DNA of 63,888 nt, filler included, from Olpidium bornovanus S191 (Eukaryota; Fungi; Olpidiomycota), in NCBI GenBank assembly GCA_017911155.1. It is 27 parts of 27 records of this genome, joined end to end, with 100 filler letters (N's around TTAATTAATTAA, not from the genome) between each part and the next. Parts side by side here need not be neighbours in the genome. Positions count along the whole stretch, not along the records: positions 10,436 to 12,247 come from JAEFCI010009766.1; positions 12,348 to 13,746 come from JAEFCI010011316.1; positions 13,847 to 15,713 come from JAEFCI010007692.1; positions 15,814 to 17,132 come from JAEFCI010002309.1; positions 17,233 to 18,458 come from JAEFCI010007849.1; positions 18,559 to 20,694 come from JAEFCI010011159.1; positions 20,795 to 23,946 come from JAEFCI010001171.1; 20 more parts are not named here. One strand, written 5' to 3'. The translations under genes and the position numbers were made by a program. Below, in pieces: positions 12,122 through 23,946 of this stretch. How positions within the stretch are numbered: position 1 is the stretch's first letter; every line of letters begins with the position of its first letter. The notes under the pieces were generated by a model. It saw only the letters and a list, made by a program, of their open reading frames with translations, searched no databases and was not told the origin of the DNA.

Positions 12122-12347
12122 GGGTGCCGCCCGTCCACGGCGTTTTGCGGACGGCAGAGATCTCGGCGTCGGCAAGCTCCGCGCGGGCCGGGCCCGAGGT
12201 CGGGGGGGGGGGGGGGGGGGGGGCAGACAATTGCCAGCCGGAAAAAANNNNNNNNNNNNNNNNNNNNNNNNNNNNNNNNNNNNNNNNNNNNTTAATTAAT
12301 TAANNNNNNNNNNNNNNNNNNNNNNNNNNNNNNNNNNNNNNNNNNNN

Positions 12348-12384
<37 letters not shown>

Positions 12385-12390
<6 letters not shown>

Positions 12391-13549
12391 TGCGCTCGCG
12401 GAAGCGGCCGAAAGGAGCACCAGGTCTTTGTCACCTCGTCGTGCTTCGCCTCCAACCCCGATGAGCAGCCTCACGGCCCCTCCTTCCGTCGGACACGGTG
12501 CATCGCCTTCCCCGCCGCCGCGGAACCGGTCCCGGTGCGGCGCGTGCACGCCGCGGTGGCTTCGGCGCTGGGCGTGCCGCCCGCCGACCTCCGCTTGACC
12601 ACCGCGGCGGGGCGGTGCCTGCCGCCGCGGCTGGCCATGGAGGCCGGCGGGCACTCTTTCCTCTCCGCCGGCCTGCGCCTCCTGGGCGGCAAGGGCGGGT
12701 TCGGCAGCATGCTCCGCGCGCAGGGAGGCAGGATGGCGTCGCAGAAGACCACGAACTTCGAGGCGTGCCGGGACCTCTCTGGAAGGCGCCTGAAGACCGT
12801 CAACGAGGCGAAAAAGTACGTGTGCCCCCCTCCTTCCCCCGCCGTCCTTCGACATATCGCTACAGACACACCCCGGTGCTTCTGCTGGTTAGCATACAGT
12901 TTCCGTTTTGCTTCTTTTTCTTGACAGTTCCTGCTTCACACGATCTTAGGCTGGCCGACTACCTCGAGAAGGAGCCCGAGCGGCAGAAGGCGAGGGAGGA
13001 AAAGATTATGCAGAAGATCCAAAAAGGTCTGAGGGAGCCGTCGCTCAAGAAGCGGCGATTCGAGGACCCGAAATTCTTCGAGGAGACTGAGGGGATGGGC
13101 GAGGAGGCTTCCGACGCCGTGTTCCAAGGTACCCCCGCCCGCGCGCTGTGTATATTTATTATCTTTGTTTCTTTTGCCGGGACCGCCCGCAGTTGACGTC
13201 CGACCCACGATCTTTTTGCGCCCCCGCGGCGGGAAATTTCCTTCCAGTTCTCAAGAGATCTTCCGCAACCGAAGATCGAAAGCCGCCGTCGCCGGATGAC
13301 TCGGATTCTTTGGCAGAGAACTCGGAGCCCTCGCCGGTGCCGTCGTCGTCCTCTGCGCCGAACCCGCCGAAAAAGAAGAAGACCGCCGAAAACTCGTGCA
13401 AGCCCGCGTCCGCGCGCGCGGCGCCGCTGGCAATGTGGGAAGAGGACTTTTCGTCTTCTGACGAGGAGGACGAGGAAAAGGCCAATACCGCCGACGAGGA
13501 GGACGAGGACGAGGCCAATGCCTCCGACGAGGAAGAGTCGGAAGGATGA
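12385..13549 (+). CDS. SDE2: SDE2 homolog (ubiquitin-fold N-terminus; splicing/replication-stress factor), 3 exons
   Basis: [47 protein letters not shown]|[11 protein letters not shown]... contains the Sde2 GG-K cleavage motif. Acidic C-terminal exon ends at TGA 13549. Confidence 0.92.
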
Positions 13550-13904
13550 ATCTCCGACTTTATCATCGTTTGCGCGACTCGCCCAGACGTGACCGCCGAT
13601 AATTGGTTCTCAGCAGGCCTGCAGGCTGTGATTTGGTGGTTTTTTTTTAATCCTGCTAACCGGCTTCGTGAGGCCGGAGCCCAACTGAATATAGGCGCCG
13701 GACCCAGACTCGGGCCGGCGCACCGTGTTCCGCTCTTTGTACATGTNNNNNNNNNNNNNNNNNNNNNNNNNNNNNNNNNNNNNNNNNNNNTTAATTAATT
13801 AANNNNNNNNNNNNNNNNNNNNNNNNNNNNNNNNNNNNNNNNNNNNCATGCGTAAACTCCTGTCCCAACGTGCCTGTCAGGCACGCGGTACAAACTGGGC
13901 CCAC

Positions 13905-15549
13905 CTCAAATAAGCGCCTATTGGCCCGGAAACCGCGTCCAGAAGAACGCCCGACGGGTCGAGAATTCGCAGGCATTTGATGCAGTTTACGTACTGCGAC
14001 AGCACGTGCCTGGTCTCGACACCTGGATGCAACAAATTACGCTGAAACCTGGAGCACACCGCAGACCGGAAGGTCTTAGTCCCTTTCGGGACAATGTCCA
14101 CAACGTACGCCGTGCAAAATGGGGGGGGGTGCTTCAAAACGTCTTTCCGTGATAAGCACTTACTCGGCACTTAAAGACTGGACTAGTTCTTTGCGGTGTC
14201 CCGTTTTTGCCAAGCACCACTTAAGATCGAGCAAAGCTTCTTCTGAGTACGGAAAGTCAAGTATGATATTCCAGAGCTGGCCAACCCTTGAATTCCCGTA
14301 ACAAAGCTGTCAGCAGAAACCCGCACGAACAACAAGAAAGGGGCGGGGGGGAGGGGGGGGGGGTGTTTTTCAGTTCGACGGGTTTTACCTCAATTCACAA
14401 AGCGTCTCGTACGCAAAGTATTCAAGGCGCGCGCACCACTGCACACATTCCGCAAGCTCTGAAGGGCGAAGCGGACAGTAGAAGCGACTCAGAGGTGGAC
14501 GGCGGCGAAGCGAGTGAAACGAAAATACACACACCTGCGCCGCTACTTCCTCGCTTGGCGGCCCAGTGCAGTCCGATCCAGCTGTTAACGACAGTTCGCA
14601 GCCACACCCGCACCCACTCCGCGAAGCCCTGGTCCAGGGGACGTCGGACTGTCCGACGAATAACCGCGGCGACCTCGTCGAAGGTCACCGGCAAAAACAC
14701 CCGTGAGCTAAAGTCGTACAGTTCCAGAGCAAACAACGCCTCGTATATTGACACGAAGTTGGCAACGTGCCGAGCGTCGTTTCGGAGGCGTCTGCCGCCT
14801 CCGTCGTCCATGGCTTCACCTCCTTCGGCGCTATCGCGTTCGTAGCTAACATCGCAATCCTCGTCTTGGCTGCCGTCGTCTTCGCATTCCTCCCCGTCGT
14901 CATCTTCATTTTCGCCTTCTTCGGCTTCCGCTTGATCATCCCTGCCGGCCGCCTGTTGCTCCGGCGCCCCGTCCTCTTCTTCCGCCTCCATGCAGTCTTC
15001 TGCTGCTGTGCCTTCTTCGTCAGCATCGCTTCGACTTTCTTCGTTCTCCTGGGCACCATCACTTCCGTATTCACTTTCGACGTCTTCCATATCAACATCT
15101 GATCCGGAAGAGGAATAGGGCCCGGAGATATCCGCATAAATAGCGGCCGCGTCCAAGTCCATCGCGTACTTCCCTGCATCAGGATCCACGGCGTATCTGC
15201 TCTCCGTGTTGTCGAGGAGTCGTCCTGCCGCGGCCCGCGCCTTGCACCAGGTCTCGACTGGCTCAGAGCTCTGCCTCTCCCGCAGAATCGACGACGCGAG
15301 GTGGTGGCGCGGCTCCGCGCGGTGAAACGCGCGAAATGCCGTCCGCGTGTAGACGGCGACGAACCGTTCAAACTCGGGCGGAAGATGCACAAGGAGTTGC
15401 CCCTGCACCTGCCGCCGGTGACGAGCCAGCTGAATCTCGTCCGCGCCGAGCAGGCGGAGGATAACGGCCCGACACCCGCATAACCGCTGAAGATCTCGAA
15501 GAAAGTCGGCCGCGGCCGCCGCAACATCCTCTGGCACGGACGATGCCAA
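13905..15549 (-). CDS. APC2: Anaphase-promoting complex subunit 2 (cullin-like), partial
   Basis: Exons RVGQLWNIILDFPYSEEALLDLKWCLAKTG and RNLLHPGVETRHVLSQYVNCIKCLRILDPSGVLLDAVSGPIGAYL match APC2 (LFxIIxDyPDS; RLLHPG...LDPsGvlL). They follow a 375-aa exon with an acidic insert. Confidence 0.87.
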
Positions 15550-17238
15550 TTTGTTTAGAGGCCCGCTGATGTCGCACGTTGACTACCCGCGAAATGCGGA
15601 GGTTAGCGTCGGCGATATGAAACTCCGCTGTGACGCGAGGCCGCCGAATTCCGGTTTACCGCGAAGCGCGTTGACCACGGCAGAACGACATCATCAATCC
15701 AACCAGCGACATGNNNNNNNNNNNNNNNNNNNNNNNNNNNNNNNNNNNNNNNNNNNNTTAATTAATTAANNNNNNNNNNNNNNNNNNNNNNNNNNNNNNN
15801 NNNNNNNNNNNNNAGGGCGAAACGGCCGCCATATACTTCATCGACGGCCACGCGGAGAGCAAATTGCCGGCGGCGGGTTCCGCTCCGGAACGCCTCGAAG
15901 GGGGGACGGCGATGCCGGACCGCGAGGGGCCATGGGCGCTCGCGGCGGGGTCGTCGGCGGGGTTCTCGACCGTCGCAGGCCTTCCCTCCCGGGCGCGGGC
16001 CTCCGCGTGCACGTCTGGCCGGGGGTTTCGGAGTCGGCCGCGTGAGCAGAAAACCGCCGGCGGGCCGCTTCAAACGAACGGAGCGGATAAAGTGGGCGCC
16101 GGACGCGAGATCCGGAGCGCACTACGGCCGGCCGCGCGCAATGCCGGGCCGCCGGTAAGCTTTTTGCCGCAATGTTTTACCGAGCAGGGCGCCGGGGCCG
16201 CGGAGAACCGGGTGCTGAGCGGAACTCGCCTGCCCCCCCCCCCCCCCCTTTTTTCCCCCTTTTCCGGCGTTATTTATTGTTTGCAAGATTGAGCCCGCAG
16301 AGCCCGGGTACAACGGCGTCCGGTCGCCGTACCGCCGACCGTTCGCCGCCGGCTTTCGGAAAAACCGCAGCGCGCGGCAAAACCATGGACGACGGCCGCG
16401 CGCGGCGAGCCGAAACGGAACCGGAAGTTGGCGGCGCGGGGCCTCGGGGTGCGCGGCGGCGGGGCCGCCTCTTCGGTTTACCCCGGGCCGATCGTCCGAC
16501 CAGCCGGCCGGCAACCGCCGATAATTACAGACGAACGATGTATGAAGCGCTAAAGAATTATTACCGGCGCCGTTTTCTTTTTTCCTTCTTTTTTCTGCGG
16601 GCGTCCGTGTCGGGCTTAACTTTTATTTTGCTGGGGGACGGGAAAGGAGCGAGAGAAGAGCGGGGGGGAGGGGGGAAGGAGAATCGGACGGTGAGGCGAC
16701 AGATTGTGAACACGGGCGAGAAAGGAAAGTCGGCGTCAACCAGAATGCCGGAAATCTTCCCGGTTCTGTTTTTTTGCTGGACGCGCGGCTTCCAAGGCCG
16801 GTTTGTGTGCATTAGTCCTTTTTATCGTCTTCTGTCAACCCAGCATGTTAATTATTGCCTCTGAATAATACTTCCGAGGGCTTTTTGTCGATATTGTTAT
16901 ATGCTATTATACACAATTTCTTTATATACAGTTTGTTTGATGAAAGAGTATACCTATTCTGTAATAAAATGTGCAACACTTTAAGAAATTCCTCGTTGAT
17001 ACCGAAGCACTTAATCTTATCTATCAGGAGTACCGCCAAGTGAACAAAATGTATACCATATGACGTAATTTTAAATCTAAAAAGTTACCAATCATAACTG
17101 CCAAATATTTTCTCGTTTGTTTCGTTTACATGNNNNNNNNNNNNNNNNNNNNNNNNNNNNNNNNNNNNNNNNNNNNTTAATTAATTAANNNNNNNNNNNN
17201 NNNNNNNNNNNNNNNNNNNNNNNNNNNNNNNNCTCGGG

Positions 17239-17280
<42 letters not shown>

Positions 17281-17281
17281 G

Positions 17282-17318
<37 letters not shown>

Positions 17319-19071
17319 CGTTCGGCGGGCGGCGGGTCTCGTTCTGCGCGCGCTCCGGGGGTTGGGCGTCCTGGCTGGACTCTGGCTAACCGCTGGCGGG
17401 GGGAAATTCCCCCTCAGCCCTAGAGAACACGCGGGCGCGCCCACGCTCGCCCCGCGCAGGTGATGCGGAGAGCAGTGACGGCGGCTGTGGGCCTCACGCT
17501 GAACCGTACGTCCTTGGTTCTCGAGACCGCCGGGGCGGCCGCGGCCGTTGGCGAAACCGGCCGTGAACAAAAACCGTGGGGCGCGGGTTAATGATTGAAG
17601 GACTGCTTCCATTTTACCCCAGCTGGGACCCAGCCAGGCGGGCAAGTCAAATGATACTCCAGCTGGGATCCAGCCAGGCGAGCCAGTCAGATAATCCCGG
17701 GATCGAGAGAGCGCGCCCTCCCCAGATTCCTGATGGACGTCGCGCGAGAAGGCGACCGCAATTGTCGTCGCTCATGAAAGTCGCCTTTCGCGCAGAGAGC
17801 ACGGGAAGAAGAACAAACCCTGCTTGTCTAACCGCTCAATTGGCCTCCGCGTACAGGCTTATCATCTAAATTAAGTTGACGTTTTCGGGTCGAACGAGTA
17901 CCCCGAGGCCGAAAAGCCCGCATCGAGTCTGCGGGTCGCGAAGGCGTAGCAAATTGCCGTTTCTGAGCTCAGAACGCAATGGCTTAAAACGTCTCACTGC
18001 TGCGTTTAACTCCTCAACCAAACGAAATCCGACGAAATTTTGCGATCTCAAGTGTACATTAAACCCGGTCGCAGCTTCTCCGAGCAGCTTCGTTCCGAAA
18101 ACGTGTGCGAAATGCCAACTCCGCACTCCGACTACGTTGCGTCTCGCTAAACAGAAACTGGCCCGAGTCCACGCGTTCAAGGTGCGGTAGCATTGGTACT
18201 GAACAGGGAGCGCAGCAGCACGCCCAGAAGGAAAAAAACGGTACCTGGGGGCCTCAAAAAAATTAAAATAAAAATAAAATAACAGGATGCTGGAGAACCC
18301 AGACCCGCCGGTCGCCACATACCCCCAACTGTCCCTCCATGCACACTAGTACATAGGGTAAAACCGCTCAGACCCGGCCAATGCCACCTTCTGCCACCAT
18401 CTACCGAACGCGTCAACACGCGCGCGCACACGAAAAAGTTCCCGTCCGCCCGTCAGCCNNNNNNNNNNNNNNNNNNNNNNNNNNNNNNNNNNNNNNNNNN
18501 NNTTAATTAATTAANNNNNNNNNNNNNNNNNNNNNNNNNNNNNNNNNNNNNNNNNNNNCTGCCGTGTTCAGCTGCACTGAAACTCGCCCTATGTTATTGT
18601 GTCCATCTTGGATGGCCTGAAAAATGCGGGGAAAGCAAAACGAGGGAAGGCTAATGGCATATCTTCCCTTCTGTGCATGATGTCGACGACCCCACCGTGT
18701 TTTGTACTTTTGGCGCCATGTTCGCCGGTTGCCGTGTGTCGTGCTTGTTCCCCCTGACCTGACCACTCCAACTCGCCCGACTTCACATCAAGGGGTTGTA
18801 TACGAGGTCTCGCATTGTCCAGGCCCAGCGGCCCCCATCCTGGGGCTCATTCGCCTTGGCGGGGTCCAGGCAGCAGTGCTCACTGCGGTTAAAGGGACTG
18901 CTGTCTTCCTTGCGGAGCGCAGCCCCGAGCTCTGCCAACGAGCGCTGACGTGTTCGTTGCTCGGTGAAAGTGTTGACGATGCGGCGATGCCGCATGAATT
19001 GGGGGTGTTGCGGCGCAGGAAGATAACCGCGGTACCGGTGTCGGAGAATTTCCCGGCGCGCCCCTCCCCCG

Positions 19072-19296
19072 TGTAAACCGTCGACCCCTCCCCTTTCTTC
19101 AAAAATAATAAACAAACCCAGTTCTCAAGTACCGAAGAAAAACAACGAAGAGCGGACCCCGCCTCCGGCTGCCTCGCGACCGCGACCTGCTCACGACGAG
19201 AGGGCGGCGCGCTCCTTGGGACGGAACGGCAAGGGCCCTAGCCGTCCTTCCGAAGCCTGCTACCCTCGACGGAGACGAGGCAAAACTCTCCCTACA
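19072..19296 (+). mobile_element. Putative 5' LTR (225 bp) of a Ty3/gypsy element
   Basis: Begins TGTA and ends TACA, with internal AATAAA. It is followed after 2 nt by a TGG-starting PBS-like sequence TGGCGTTCCCAGGCAG (19299) and the gag ATG at 19427. Confidence 0.5.
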
Positions 19297-19426
19297 ACTG
19301 GCGTTCCCAGGCAGAACAGGAAGGCCACGTAAATGTAAGTGCGGGCGAGGGAAGTGAGACAGCAGCACGGAAAGAGGGGGGAGGAAGAGGCAAGCGTCCC
19401 TGTCGCTGCAGCAACCAGGTGTAACG

Positions 19427-20694
19427 ATGGCAGAGGTGCGGCTGCTCACGGAGCAAATGCGTGCGGCCGAAACACGGGCTGCCGTGGTGCAATTTACAAA
19501 GGAGAACAGGCTGTTTGAGGAGAAAAATGTGTCTGCGTATTTGCGCCTGTTTGAGGCCAGCGTTTGTTAATGGGAACTAATCGACCCCGAGTTGGTGAGG
19601 TGTTTCAAACTGACTGTCCACGAGAACTGCGCCGAACGGGTAGCGCGAGTAGTGGGCCTGGCCGACACCTGGCTAGACACCAAGGAACTTTTAAAAAGCG
19701 CGTTTCGCGTGCGTGACGAGACAAGGATGACGGCTAGGCGGTTCGCGGAATGGGTGAGGACGGAGAAAAAGGACCTGGCCGACCCCAAAGCGATCCTCCG
19801 CGAATTTGACTGCAAGTTCGAGCAATTGGACAAGAGGGAACAAGCTCATTTTTTTGACAAAACCGAATGGTTGGTGCGAGCATTGCCCGCATCCCTTAGA
19901 GCGGAAGTGACCAAGAGGCTGCGGGTTGGCGAGGACCTCACTGCAGACTGGGACAAAGTCGATGAGGTCATATACGATCTGACGCAACGAAAGCGCGTGT
20001 TGCGGCGCGTTGAAGGGCTGGACGGCGCAAACATGGAGCAGGAACGGGAAGCCGGTGCAGAAGCCAGGGAGAGCAGGCCCAGAGAACACCCGACGAGGGG
20101 CCCCCCCTTCGTTGCCCCTGGCGCCGGGCACCAGCAGGAGCCGCAACCATCAGGGACAAGAGAGCTGACAGGTTGGATGACTTCATCCGGCAAATGGGGG
20201 CATTACGTCTTGATCTGAACAGGGTGCTCACAGCACGAGATCCCAGCAGTTTACGACAATCGGCGCAGGAAGGGGCCATACCACGACCCACGCTGGTCGG
20301 ACAAGGCTACGCGTCACCGCCAAGGGCAAACCCTCAGCCGCCCGAAGTGTGCATTTGGTGCGATGTTTCTGGTCATCAACGAGTTCAGTGTCAAAACTTC
20401 TAAGCGGCTTTGAACGCACGCGTTGTGCAACTCATCGGCGGACGGGTCTGCAGGCTAGACGGGTCCGTGCTCCCCTCACGGTTTGGGAAGGGCGGCATCA
20501 GGCAAACCGTCCGGGAGGAACGTGATCGTCTGGACGCGCAAAACCAGCATCAAGGAGCCGCAGGCACTGCCGGCATGGATTTGGTTGAGCTCCCGCGGTG
20601 TCAAGGTTTCCGTTATGCGGTGTTGGCCAGGGAGGGGCTGTCAAATTACGTCGAAGGACGCCCCCTGCGTTCAAAACATTCGACAAGCGTAAGC
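19427..20694 (+). mobile_element. Degenerate Ty3/gypsy gag (CCHC knuckle, DUF4100-like region)
   Basis: FEEKNVSAYLRLFE gag-like N-terminus, zinc knuckle CIWCDVSGHQRVQC, then GRVCRLDGSVLPSRFGKGG. In-frame stops at 19568 and 20401 plus a frameshift near 20170. Confidence 0.75.
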
Positions 20695-20819
20695 NNNNNN
20701 NNNNNNNNNNNNNNNNNNNNNNNNNNNNNNNNNNNNNNTTAATTAATTAANNNNNNNNNNNNNNNNNNNNNNNNNNNNNNNNNNNNNNNNNNNNCATGCC
20801 CGTCCTGCAGCCTTGCCGT

Positions 20820-21390
20820 CACGCGGAATCTGGCTTCGGATCTGTGTTTTGACTTTGTGTTCTGAATTTTCGTTCTGAATCAGGATTCAAATTTTGGTTT
20901 TATCACCTGCCTTCCGAGTCTGCCTTCCAAACCGCTTGTAATTTGCCGCTGGAATCTGTTTGGCATCTGCGTTCCCCTCCATTCCGCGACACCGTGAAGG
21001 CGCGAAAATCCCGCGAATCCGCGAATCATGCTATTCTGTGAATCCCGCGAAACTTGGGAGTCCAGCGAACCTGCGAATCCCTTCGAATCCCGGCTCCCGC
21101 TCTGCCAGACTCCAGCTGCGGCCCAGCCTCCGGCTCTGGCTCTGGCTCTGACTCTGGTTCTGGCTTGGGGGAACCTGAATTTGGGTATCCCGTTCATGCT
21201 GTGAATCCTGTGATCTGCATGCAGATGTCCCAAATCTGAATCGGGATGTCTTTCCAGTTGCGTGAACCCAAAATCTGCGAATCCCGCCTATCATCGAACC
21301 AGCCGATCGGAATCTTCGGACACTGCAGCTCCATCCCGCGATTTTCCCGGAACCCCGTGAATGCGCCGAATCTCGCGATTCTGCAAAGTT
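20820..21390 (+). repeat. GAATC-motif-rich low-complexity tract with a (CTGGCT)n core
   Basis: About 15 GAATC/GATTC pentamers in ~570 bp (about 1 expected), mostly on one strand. CTGGCT/CTGACT/CTGGTT hexamer run at 21134-21165. Confidence 0.6.
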
Positions 21391-22635
21391 CGCCGGTGCC
21401 CATGGGAACGGCCGGCGGGTGCTGTGGGGGAAATACAGGGAACGGCCGTAAAAGGATTCGAGCAAGCGGGCGAAGATGTCCGCGACGAAAGAGTCGACGC
21501 GACGGAGCGGCCGGACACAACGCAACCCCACAGCGTCCGCAAATACTCCCCGTCCCAACCAGCTCCCTCGGCAGAACCACACAGAGACAGAACGTCCCCG
21601 GTAGACGCTATCCTCACCCGACGCCGCCTTTCATAACCACTTCGACGCTCTTGACAACTACCTCTCCAACTTGAAGCCAAAAGTTCGCCAAGTTCGACTC
21701 TGCGCAGAAGATGTCCTTGGCGCACGCGCAGCAAGTGGCGCCACTTCTTTAGACCTCGAGCGACGGTTAACAGCCACCGAGAAGTCGTCGCGGCAATGGC
21801 GGATCTGATGGTAAAGGTCGAATGGGAGCGCGATGATCGGCCACGGGATAACGGCAATAAGCGAGGTCGTGGGAGTATCACGCCTGGCCCCGGGCCATGG
21901 CTGCAGCGACTCAGGACAGCGGACAGTGGGTTGAGATTGTTTTATCTGTTGCGGCAGTGGGACAATCAGAAAAACAAAAAAATATAAAGGATGTGCGAGA
22001 TTTAAGTACACGCACTACGGCCAAATACACACACACTACAGCCAAGCTTGATGTACGAGCTTGGTCTGCAAAACACGCAGTGCGCAAACTCAATACGGAA
22101 GCTTGGTTTGTTACAGCAAAGCAACAAACTGTCCATGTGCCATGTTTGTAATTCCTTTGAAGGGTGCCGGGAATGTAATACAGGAACACGTGAGAGTCGG
22201 ATTGAAGATGCTGCGTAAAAATCCGTGAAGTGATTTCCTCGAAGTGCCTCTGTTCGCACAGAGCACGCTCGAGTCTTGCTCAGCCGGTCCCGCCATCCCC
22301 TGTCATTCTAGGTGCACACCGCACACGCGACTGCGCTCTGCACTAAACGTTACAGCTGGAGAAATCTTTCCCTTGCCCACCGTCGTGCTTCAGTTCCGCT
22401 GTGGGATGGCGTTCTGTTTCCTTGTTCTCGTGTGCCGCGCGCGTCCGCAGGAGCTGCCGCCGGTTATCTCTGCGCTCAGCCCGCGGCGGCGTCCCCGGCC
22501 GCGCTGAGAGAGAAGGAAGTCACGTGCGCGCGCGGCCGGCTCGCCGCCCGCGGACGCTCCTTCCTCCGCGCACACACACGGCACGCACGCAAGTCGAAAA
22601 AAAGAAAAGAAAAAAAAAACGTCCAGGAACGCTCG

Positions 22636-23946
22636 ATGACCCCCGAAGAGAAGTATGAGCTCATCACCAGGGGCCTGCAGGAGGTGCTGGGCGGTCAGCA
22701 GATAAAGGACATTCTGAAGGAGAGGGACCTCAGGGTCTACTGGGGAACCGCGCCGACGGGGGTGAGAGACGGCACCCGAATCGTTGCGCGCTCGGTCCCT
22801 TCCTTCAACCCTCGTTTCGCTTGAGGGAGAACGTGTTTTCGCGGTCTGCGAGGCGTCCAACTCACTCTCTGCGCCTTTCCACATTTTTTGCCGCCTGACT
22901 TCCTGAACCTTCCCCCCCCCCCCAAACCCCTCCCCCCTTCCCTCCCCCGTCGCTGCTCTACCAGAAAATACACGTCGGCTATTTTGTGCCAATGACAAAG
23001 ATTGCCGACTTTCTCGCTGCCGGGTGCGAGGTGAGTCTGGCCGGTTCAGCGTCGGAAGCTCACGGTTCTGAAACGTACAACCTTGGATGCCGAGCGAGGC
23101 CCGAGCGACGGACTTCCCAGCCGCTGGGCACGTTCCGCGTAGTTACTTGTTCCAGTTTTGCTGCCCGCCACAATGACGTGCACTCTCTCCCTACCCGCGA
23201 CTGGACAGGTATCTCTTCTACTTGCGGACTTGCATGCGTTTTTGGACAACATGAAGGCGCCGCTGGAGATGGTCAAGTACCGGACACAATACTATGAGCA
23301 TGTGATCAGGGGCATGCTGCGGGATTCGCTTGGCGTGCCGATCGAGAAGCTCAAGTTCGTGGTCGGCACCTCCTACCAGCTTTCCCCGGAGTATACTCTC
23401 GACGCCTACAAGCTTGCTACGCGGATCACGGAGCACGACGCCAAGAAGGGCGGCTCTGAGGTGGTTAAGCAGGTGGACTCCCCGCTGCTCTCGAGCTTGA
23501 TCTACCCTGGCCTACAGGCCCTAGACGAGGAGCATCTAAAGGTCGACGCGCAGTTTGGCGGCGTGGACCAGCGCAAGATCTTCGTCCTTGCAGAGAAGTA
23601 CCTTCCGGCCATTGGATATTGCAAGCGCTCGCATCTCATGAACCCAATGGTTCCCGGGTTAACTGGCAGCAAGATGAGCGCCTCGGACCCGGACTCGAAG
23701 ATCGACATCCTGGACGACGCGAAGGCGGTGGAGAAGAAGCTTAAAAAGGCCTTCTGCGAGGAAGGTAACGTCGCGGACAACGGCGTTTTGTCGTTTGTCA
23801 AGACCGTGATCTTCCCGGTCCGTTCCATGAAGGACGGCGCGCAGGCCTCGTTTACAATCCGGCGCCCCGAAAAGTATGGCGGCGATGTCACCTACAAGGA
23901 CCCTGAGGCGCTGGAGCGGGACTTTGCCGAGAAGATAGTTCACCCG
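22636..23946 (+). CDS. TYS1: Cytoplasmic tyrosyl-tRNA synthetase, 3'-partial, 3 exons
   Basis: [19 protein letters not shown]...VYWGTAPTG|[22 protein letters not shown]|[18 protein letters not shown]...QALDEEHL...[12 protein letters not shown]...[13 protein letters not shown]-like (HVGY) and KMSAS motifs are present. Confidence 0.97.

Noticed and set aside
10436-13746. Two splicing factors (SAD1/USP39 and SDE2) side by side, suggesting a cluster
   Set aside because: They lie on different contigs separated by an artificial linker; adjacency carries no biological information.
16850-17132. AT-rich block with GTGCTTCGG on the - strand, resembling the U6 5' stem
   Set aside because: There is no ACAGAGA box or other U6/U2 core sequence nearby.
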